Of a DNA stretch of 64,000 bases, positions 58,066 through 64,000 are shown piece by piece. Each line of letters begins with the position of its first letter. Position 1 is the stretch's first letter. The notes under the pieces were generated by a model. That model ran no database searches and was not told the origin of the DNA. It saw only the letters and a program-made list of their open reading frames with translations. Source of the stretch: an uncultured Alphaproteobacteria bacterium (lineage in GTDB: Bacteria > Pseudomonadota > Alphaproteobacteria > RF32 > CAG-239). The stretch covers positions 67,814-131,813 of the forward strand of contig CALXTR010000002.1 in NCBI GenBank assembly GCA_944391475.1, read 5' to 3'. The translations under genes and the position numbers were made by a program.

Positions 58066-60661
58066 TTTTACGTTTGTCCTTTACTATCTCCAATTCGCCG
58101 TTGCTAACGATGATATTAGCCGTGTCGTTATCAGAAATTTCACCGTCCAATATCTTTAAGGCCAGTTTATTCTCAATTTGGTTCTTGAGCAACCGTCTTA
58201 ACGGACGTGCGCCATACACCGCATCGTAGCCGTTGTTGACAATCCACATAAACGCAGCCTCGTTAACATTGAGGTGAATATTCTTCTCAGCCAAGCGTTT
58301 CTCAATATTCTTAATCTGAATCTCGGCAATGTCCTTAATGTTACTCTTATCAAGCTTATGAAAGACTATAATCTCATCAATACGGTTGATAAACTCGGGA
58401 CGGAACGAGGCTTTGACAATGTCCATAACCTGAGCACGAACTTTCTTGCCGTCATCAGCCGAAGTGGCGCGAGTTAAAATATCAGAACCCAAGTTAGAAG
58501 TCATAATGATGATTGTATTTTTGAAATCTACCGTGCGGCCTTTACCATCAGTCAAACGACCATCGTCTAATACCTGCAATAAGATATTAAACACATCGGG
58601 GTGGGCTTTCTCGATTTCATCAAACAAAATGACCTGATAAGGACGACGACGAACCGCCTCGGTTAAAACCCCGCCTTCCTCATAGCCGACATATCCTGGA
58701 GGAGAACCAATCAGACGAGCCACCGAGTGCTTTTCCATATACTCGGACATATCCACTCTCAGCATGGCACTCTCATCGTTAAACAAGAACTCAGCCAAGG
58801 CTTTGCTCAATTCGGTTTTACCTACACCGGTCGGACCTAAGAACAAGAACGAACCTATCGGCTGTCTGCTTTCGCTGATACCGGCACGAGAACGACGCAC
58901 CGCATTAGACACCGCCACAATCGCCTCTTTTTGACCAACAACGCGTTTGGCCAAAAAGTCTTCCATGTGCAAGAGTTTTTCTCTTTCGCCTTCGAGCATT
59001 TTATCAACCGGAATGCCGGTCCACTTAGAGACTACGCTCGCGATGTTTTCTTCGGTTACCGTCTCACTTATTCCGCTCTTCTTATTCTTGGAGTTTTCCT
59101 CGGCTGCTTTAATTTTTTGTTCCAATTCCGGAATTAGGCCATATTGCAATTCGCCGGCGCGCTCATACTCGCCGTTTCGTTTGGCAATTTCGACCTCAAT
59201 TCTGGCCTTGTCTAACTTATCTTTCAAGCCAGTTAAATCCGACAAGCCTTGTTTCTCGCTCTTCCACTTGTCTTCCAAAGCCTTAGCCTTAGACTCCAAG
59301 CCGGTGATTTCATAGCCTATCAACTCCAAACGCTGTTTGGACTTGTCATCGGTTTCTTTCTTGAGAGCCTCACGTTCGATTTTTAACTGCAAAATCTTGC
59401 GGTCTAACTCATCTAACTCTTCCGGTTTGGAATCTATAGCCATACGCAGGGAGCTTGCGGCCTCGTCCATCAAGTCTATGGCCTTATCTGGCAAGAAACG
59501 ATCCGTGATATAGCGGTTAGACAAAGTGGCAGCTGCCAATAATGCGGCATCAGAAATTCGCACTCCGTGGTGGAGCTCAAACTTCTCTTTAATACCACGC
59601 AAAATCGAAATGGTTTCTTCAACCGTCGGCTCGCTAATATACACCGGTTGGAAACGGCGTGCCAGGGCAGCATCTTTTTCAATATACTTCTTATACTCAT
59701 TCAAAGTGGTGGCACCAAGGCAGTGCAATTCGCCACGAGCCAAAGCCGGTTTGAGCAAGTTTGAGGCATCCATTGAGCCTTCGCTGGCACCCGCGCCGAC
59801 AATGGTATGCATTTCATCAATAAACAAGATGATATTGCCATTAGCGGCCTCGATATCATTTAAGACGGCTTTCAATCTTTCTTCAAACTCACCACGGAAT
59901 TTGGCACCGGCAATCAACGCACCCAAGTCCAACGACAACAGCCGTTTGTGGCGCAGGCTTTCGGGCACGTCATCGTTGACAATACGCATAGCCAAGCCCT
60001 CGACAATCGCGGTTTTACCAACGCCCGGCTCACCTATCAAGACCGGGTTGTTTTTGGTACGACGCGACAAAACCTGAATGGTTCTTCTAATCTCGTGCTC
60101 ACGGCCGACCACCGGATCTAGTTTTCCTTCTTTGGCCTTAGCGGTTATATCCACCGCATATTTCTTTAGTGCCTCAAAGTTATCTTCGGCGCTTTCGCTA
60201 TCGGCGGTTCGACCTTGGCGATAGTCATTAATCACCTGGTTGAGCTTTTTGGCATCGACCCCGCTGTCTTTCAAAATGCGATAAGCCGGAGTGCCGTCCG
60301 TTAGCGCCAGAGCCTGCAAAATTCTTTCCAAAGTGACATATTTATCATTCGCTTTATCGGCCAATTTTTCAGCCTCAAGCATCACTCTCGTAAAGTCTTG
60401 CGACATTAGGCTTTGAGTGCCCTCGCCCATGACTTGCGGAACTTTACTCAACTGTTCGCTCAGCTGATTGCGGATTTGAATCAGGCTGCCGCCAGACTTG
60501 TTGATTAAGTCGGCAATCAGCCCGCTTTTATCATCAATGAGGGCTTGCAGCAAATGCTCAGGAGAGATGTACTGGTGCTTTTGGCTAGCCGCCAGTTTGA
60601 CTACATCTTGAATTAAATCTTTGGAACGATTGGTTAGTTTTTCATAATCCATATTATTCAC
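58058..60661 (-). CDS. clpB: Chaperone protein ClpB (AAA+ disaggregase)
   Basis: N domain, NBD1 Walker A GEPGVGKT, long middle coiled coil, NBD2 GPTGVGKT. 867 aa. Confidence 0.95.
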   Translation of the reverse strand: MNNMDYEKLTNRSKDLIQDVVKLAASQKHQYISPEHLLQALIDDKSGLIADLINKSGGSLIQIRNQLSEQLSKVPQVMGEGTQSLMSQDFTRVMLEAEKLADKANDKYVTLERILQALALTDGTPAYRILKDSGVDAKKLNQVINDYRQGRTADSESAEDNFEALKKYAVDITAKAKEGKLDPVVGREHEIRRTIQVLSRRTKNNPVLIGEPGVGKTAIVEGLAMRIVNDDVPESLRHKRLLSLDLGALIAGAKFRGEFEERLKAVLNDIEAANGNIILFIDEMHTIVGAGASEGSMDASNLLKPALARGELHCLGATTLNEYKKYIEKDAALARRFQPVYISEPTVEETISILRGIKEKFELHHGVRISDAALLAAATLSNRYITDRFLPDKAIDLMDEAASSLRMAIDSKPEELDELDRKILQLKIEREALKKETDDKSKQRLELIGYEITGLESKAKALEDKWKSEKQGLSDLTGLKDKLDKARIEVEIAKRNGEYERAGELQYGLIPELEQKIKAAEENSKNKKSGISETVTEENIASVVSKWTGIPVDKMLEGEREKLLHMEDFLAKRVVGQKEAIVAVSNAVRRSRAGISESRQPIGSFLFLGPTGVGKTELSKALAEFLFNDESAMLRVDMSEYMEKHSVARLIGSPPGYVGYEEGGVLTEAVRRRPYQVILFDEIEKAHPDVFNILLQVLDDGRLTDGKGRTVDFKNTIIIMTSNLGSDILTRATSADDGKKVRAQVMDIVKASFRPEFINRIDEIIVFHKLDKSNIKDIAEIQIKNIEKRLAEKNIHLNVNEAAFMWIVNNGYDAVYGARPLRRLLKNQIENKLALKILDGEISDNDTANIIVSNGELEIVKDKRKNV

Positions 60662-60680
60662 CTTCCTTTTCTTTATTATA

Positions 60681-60710
60681 ATATAGGAAGCTGACTAACC
60701 AAAAATCAAC
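60681..60710 (-). promoter_or_regulatory. Sigma-32 (RpoH)-type heat-shock promoter upstream of clpB
   Basis: Minus strand gTTGAT-N17-CCTATAT, matching the alphaproteobacterial sigma-32 consensus CTTG-N17-CCTATNT. About 20 nt upstream of the ATG region. Confidence 0.45.
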
Positions 60711-60722
60711 ACTCTAAAAAAA

Positions 60723-61868
60723 TTATTTCTTACTTGGCTGCAAGATTATTTCGGTAATTTCAGATGGTGCAAACAACCTTAACGGCGGCCCCCAATAGCC
60801 GGTACCGCGAGAAACATATAAGTCGTGATTATCAACCCGATATGCTCCGGCCAAATACTTATTGGCTTTCCATGATAAATAGTGGAAGGGGAAAATCTGT
60901 CCGCCGTGAGTATGACCAGAAAGTTGCAAGTCATAATCAGCCGGTCCGTATTTTTCTAAATCGGGATAATGCGAGAGCAAAATTTTATAATCGTTTTTTC
61001 GACTTCCCTTAAAAGTTTTTGCAAAATCAAGCTTAAAAAACGGGCTCATTGCCGTATTCAAATCAGGCACACCACCAACATATAACTTGGTACCATTGAG
61101 ATGTTGCCCCTGATTTATCAAAACATTCCACCCCATACGGCGGAAATTTCTTAACCACAAATCCAAACCGCTATACAGCTCGTGATTTCCGGTCACAATG
61201 TATACGCCTAAGGGTGCCGAAAGTTTACGCAAAACTTGCATTTGAGGCTCTAAGCTTTTGGTCTTGTCATCAACTATATCACCGACCAAAAAAATTGCCT
61301 CAGGCTTGAGCGCGTTGGTTCTAGCCACAATATCATCAAGCCTACTTAAAGAACTGGTGCGATTGATATGCAAGTCGCTTAACATCACCAAGCGATACTC
61401 GCGGTCGAGCTTTTCGGAACTAAAGCTCACGGTCTTGACGTCCGGTATTTTAACCGCTTCCCATACGGCCCAACCGCAAAAAACCATACTCAATACCACA
61501 AACAACAAATTTGCTCTAACAATCAGCCGCGGATTATACGGATCTAAAAACTGACTATCACTCCAGAGGCGGCTCAACTTCCAACCACCAACCCAGATAA
61601 AATCGCGCACCAAAATTAATATCAGCAGAATAAATGCCAGCCCAAACAGCAAGTATAAAAAATTATAAATATAGGGATAAGCCACACCCAAAAATTCATA
61701 ACCGCGGCGTAAAAAATGGGTTAGTATCGGAGCTAACCAGCCCACAACTACTAACCCAGCAACACTAAATTTGAGCCACAAGCTCAATTGATTATAACCA
61801 ACCAAAGTTTTGATTGTTACCATAGAACCGGCGATAGCTACAATTAATGAGGCAACAACAAAAAACAA
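60723..61868 (-). CDS. Membrane-anchored calcineurin-like metallophosphoesterase
   Basis: Several N-terminal TM helices. Motifs LSDLH, GDIVDD, GNHE, GHTHGGQ. 381 aa. Start codon uncertain. Confidence 0.7.
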   Translation of the reverse strand: MFFVVASLIVAIAGSMVTIKTLVGYNQLSLWLKFSVAGLVVVGWLAPILTHFLRRGYEFLGVAYPYIYNFLYLLFGLAFILLILILVRDFIWVGGWKLSRLWSDSQFLDPYNPRLIVRANLLFVVLSMVFCGWAVWEAVKIPDVKTVSFSSEKLDREYRLVMLSDLHINRTSSLSRLDDIVARTNALKPEAIFLVGDIVDDKTKSLEPQMQVLRKLSAPLGVYIVTGNHELYSGLDLWLRNFRRMGWNVLINQGQHLNGTKLYVGGVPDLNTAMSPFFKLDFAKTFKGSRKNDYKILLSHYPDLEKYGPADYDLQLSGHTHGGQIFPFHYLSWKANKYLAGAYRVDNHDLYVSRGTGYWGPPLRLFAPSEITEIILQPSKK

Positions 61869-61887
61869 GCTTGTTCTCCTTTATGTT

Positions 61888-62502
61888 TTATACAGCCAAG
61901 GCTTTCTCGGTCTTTTTACGGACATATTTGCGAGTACGTGGTTTTTGCTCGTCTTTCGCCGCAATAATGTCAGACTTGGCACTTTCAGGTTTTATCTCAA
62001 TGACAGTAAAACTCTTTTTTTCTGGTTGAGGGGCAACCGAAACTTCTGGCTCAGGCTCAGAAAGATGAACGCCATCAATCGAAAAATCCGATGGTTCTGC
62101 AGTTAATTCGGCATTAATATCAATAACCGGAGCTTTGACTTGTTCCAAAACAACATCTTCTTCAACGTCATGTTGATCATCATTAGAGAAATCTGGTGTT
62201 TCAATCACAGTTAAAGTAGCATCTTCTGCACGAGATTGCTGATTGCGCAGAGCCATATTCTGCATTTTCTTTTCATTAATATCGGTAACAATTTTACGAT
62301 AGTGTTCGGCATATTGGCGGAAAACTTCGGCATTTACATGATCGCCGTTGCTTTGAGCCTCTTTGGCTAATTCGTTATATTTTTTGATTAAATCTAACGC
62401 AGTACCGCTAATTTTACCGGCAATGCTACAACTGTCAAATTTATAATTCAAAGAATAGACGTTGGAATAATTATTACGATATTTATTGTTATTTTTTTTC
62501 AT
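61888..62502 (-). CDS. DUF4167-family protein
   Basis: Basic N-terminus with NNYRNNYS. Conserved block LIKKYNELAKEAQSNGDHVNAEVFRQYAEHYRKI. Position between prmC and clpB as in many alphaproteobacteria. Confidence 0.6.
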   Translation of the reverse strand: MKKNNNKYRNNYSNVYSLNYKFDSCSIAGKISGTALDLIKKYNELAKEAQSNGDHVNAEVFRQYAEHYRKIVTDINEKKMQNMALRNQQSRAEDATLTVIETPDFSNDDQHDVEEDVVLEQVKAPVIDINAELTAEPSDFSIDGVHLSEPEPEVSVAPQPEKKSFTVIEIKPESAKSDIIAAKDEQKPRTRKYVRKKTEKALAV

Positions 62503-62662
62503 ACACTTTTACCACAATATTAGGTTCATAATTTCACAATGAAATTACTAAATTAAAAACATTAAAAGACGTTTAATTTTGAAAAAAAGAAACTCCAGAT
62601 GCCAAACAAACTTTTCCAAGCATCTTCGGCATCATAATAACCAAAAAAAATTTATTTGCAAA

Positions 62663-63508
62663 TTATTTTTTCAAAATTACACATCGATTGATTCCAGATA
62701 AGTCTTTAGCGATTTCGCATAGACTTAATCCCTTTTCTTGAAAGATTTGCGCCACATCCTCTGCCTGATTGATGCCTACTTCTAAGAGCACATATCCGCC
62801 ATCTTTAAGCCAACTAGGAATCCTCTCGGCTAGTTTTTTATAGTCACGGTAGCCATCGGCACCACCATCAAGAGCCAGCATGGGGTCATAGTCTTTGACC
62901 TCGGGCTCCAACTTGTTTATGTCTTCACTTTTAATATAAGGCGGATTGGAAACGATTAAATCAAACTTATCACCTAAGCTTAAATTATCATCAAACCAAC
63001 TAGCTCTCATCAATTCAACGCGAGATACTACGCCAAGCATTTCGGCATTAGTTTGCGCAATTTCTAAGGCCTTGTCTGAAATATCTATTCCTACCCCTTT
63101 AGCATTTGGCAAATCTGCTAACACAGAAAGCAAAATGCAACCACTGCCGGTGCCTAAATCGAGTACTCGGGTGAGCTTATTTTCCTGCCCCAGATGAATG
63201 GCGGCCTCAACCAAAATCTCAGTATCAGGACGCGGTGATAACACATTGCAATCCACGCGAAAGTCATATTTATAAAAAGCCTTTTTTCCGACAATTTTGC
63301 AGATTGGTTTATGCTTTAATCTATCCTGAAGCGATTGCATTAATTTTTCGGTTTGGGCATCATCTAGCTTTACCACAAATGGGTTTAACTCATTTGTATC
63401 TACACCTAAAGTATTGGCTATCAGCAATCTGGCCTCAAGCCGCGGAGAAGGAATTTGGCCTTCGGCCAAGCGTCTAACTACATCTTCAAATAAGTTTGAA
63501 TTTTGCAT
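62663..63508 (-). CDS. prmC: Release factor glutamine N5-methyltransferase PrmC (HemK)
   Basis: SPRLEARLLIANTLG N-terminus, motif I LDLGTGSGCI and the NPPY catalytic motif (IVSNPPYIKS). Confidence 0.9.
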   Translation of the reverse strand: MQNSNLFEDVVRRLAEGQIPSPRLEARLLIANTLGVDTNELNPFVVKLDDAQTEKLMQSLQDRLKHKPICKIVGKKAFYKYDFRVDCNVLSPRPDTEILVEAAIHLGQENKLTRVLDLGTGSGCILLSVLADLPNAKGVGIDISDKALEIAQTNAEMLGVVSRVELMRASWFDDNLSLGDKFDLIVSNPPYIKSEDINKLEPEVKDYDPMLALDGGADGYRDYKKLAERIPSWLKDGGYVLLEVGINQAEDVAQIFQEKGLSLCEIAKDLSGINRCVILKK

Positions 63509-63532
63509 CTTTTTGTCATTCTTGATGTTTAT

Positions 63533-63560
63533 AAAAAAAACGCCTTGCCGGCGTTTTTAA
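63533..63560. terminator. Bidirectional intrinsic terminator between orf62 and prmC
   Basis: Stem AACGCC / GGCGTT with loop TTGCC, flanked by A8 and T5. Confidence 0.6.
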
Positions 63561-63570
63561 CGATTGTGAA

Positions 63571-63759
63571 TTAATCTTGCCTGCCGCCAGAAAGTAATGA
63601 TGTGCTAATTTTATCATTTTCATCTGGCTGACGACGCAAAGTACGTACTTTTGCCAATCGTTCATCCATGTGAGCTTCCATCTCCGCAAATCCTGGCTCT
63701 AAAGAAATTGCGGTGTTATATCGGCCGTTTTCCGGCAAACTAGTTTCGGCTCTATTCAT
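63571..63759 (-). CDS. Hypothetical 62-aa protein upstream of prmC
   Basis: ORF with AAGGTGG SD. Preceded by a TTCCCTA/TAGGGAA hairpin after the rpoH stop. Confidence 0.3.
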   Translation of the reverse strand: MNRAETSLPENGRYNTAISLEPGFAEMEAHMDERLAKVRTLRRQPDENDKISTSLLSGGRQD

Positions 63760-63806
63760 GATAAAATCCCCACCTTAGTTCCCTATTTTTAGGGAATATT
63801 ATTATA

Positions 63807-64000
63807 TCATAGATTATCTTGTAGTGCAAGCTTTACGAGGCCTGAGAGCTTATCAAAAGCTTTCTTTTCAATCTGACGGACACGCTCACGGCTAATACCA
63901 AATTTAACACCTAATTCTTCCAAAGTCAGGGGTGTTTCAGTGAGCAAACGGCTACGAATAATTTCTTGTTCACGGCTATCTAATTTGGCAATGCATTGGC
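63807..64000 (-). CDS. rpoH: RNA polymerase sigma-32 factor RpoH, C-terminal fragment (gene continues beyond the window end)
   Basis: Translation ...LDSREQEIIRSRLLTETPLTLEELGVKFGISRERVRQIEKKAFDKLSGLVKLALQDNL*. Sigma-70 region 4 with the RpoH-typical ISRERVRQIE. Confidence 0.7.
   Translation of the reverse strand, partial: QCIAKLDSREQEIIRSRLLTETPLTLEELGVKFGISRERVRQIEKKAFDKLSGLVKLALQDNL

Noticed and set aside
1-64000. CRISPR arrays, integrases, transposases, rRNA
   Set aside because: No short direct-repeat/spacer arrays, no tyrosine/serine recombinase or DDE transposase motifs and no rRNA-like sequence were seen anywhere in the window.

Overview
This 64-kb window reads as a chromosomal segment from a low-GC, alphaproteobacterial-type genome, with about 60 features called. 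The family assignment rests on gene order: amiC–mrcA–prfB, lpxC–bamD–recN and rpoH…prmC–DUF4167–clpB. Most of it is core or housekeeping genes.

Housekeeping content, in order:
- a partial ftsE, a divergent zinc-ribbon/DUF3426 gene and uvrA with a LexA-box-like site
- a divergent fadL/aas pair and a glgB–glgX–malQ operon
- a small DUF2934 protein and a TPR-methyltransferase
- tRNA-Leu(CAA), gtrA-like, galE, an MBL-fold hydrolase, mlaC and an orphan AapJ-like binding protein
- an AsmA-like gene, an alpha/beta hydrolase, prfB with the classic +1 programmed frameshift (CTT TGA C after an AGGAGG element), then mrcA, amiC, rne with a long leader, an M48 protease, a Nudix hydrolase and an MFS transporter
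- recN–bamD–lpxC, clpB behind a sigma-32-like promoter, a metallophosphoesterase, DUF4167, prmC and the 3' end of rpoH

Two regions stand out.

The first (21.9–34.0 kb) is a compact, about 12-kb module that resembles a T7-like podovirus. It carries putative small and large terminase, portal, scaffold, major capsid, tail tubular A and B, an SleB-type endolysin and holin-like membrane proteins. All sit in one leftward operon under a sigma-70 promoter that is overlapped by a perfect inverted-repeat operator. A divergent XRE/S24 repressor faces it. There is no integrase, no replication genes, no internal core proteins and no tail fibre. That makes it either a decayed prophage or a domesticated particle-forming, GTA-like element.

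The second is a 1328-aa secreted, cysteine-rich giant protein (53.2–57.2 kb). It has three DUF1566/Fib_succ_major-like ('DWYLPA.GEL') domains separated by about 10 tandem 33–35-aa six-cysteine repeats. It sits where ftsZ would normally lie upstream of lpxC.

Smaller observations include several intrinsic terminators, a 54-aa ORF not in the ORF track, a possible sRNA/3'UTR downstream of the giant gene, and an unknown gene translationally coupled to clpB.
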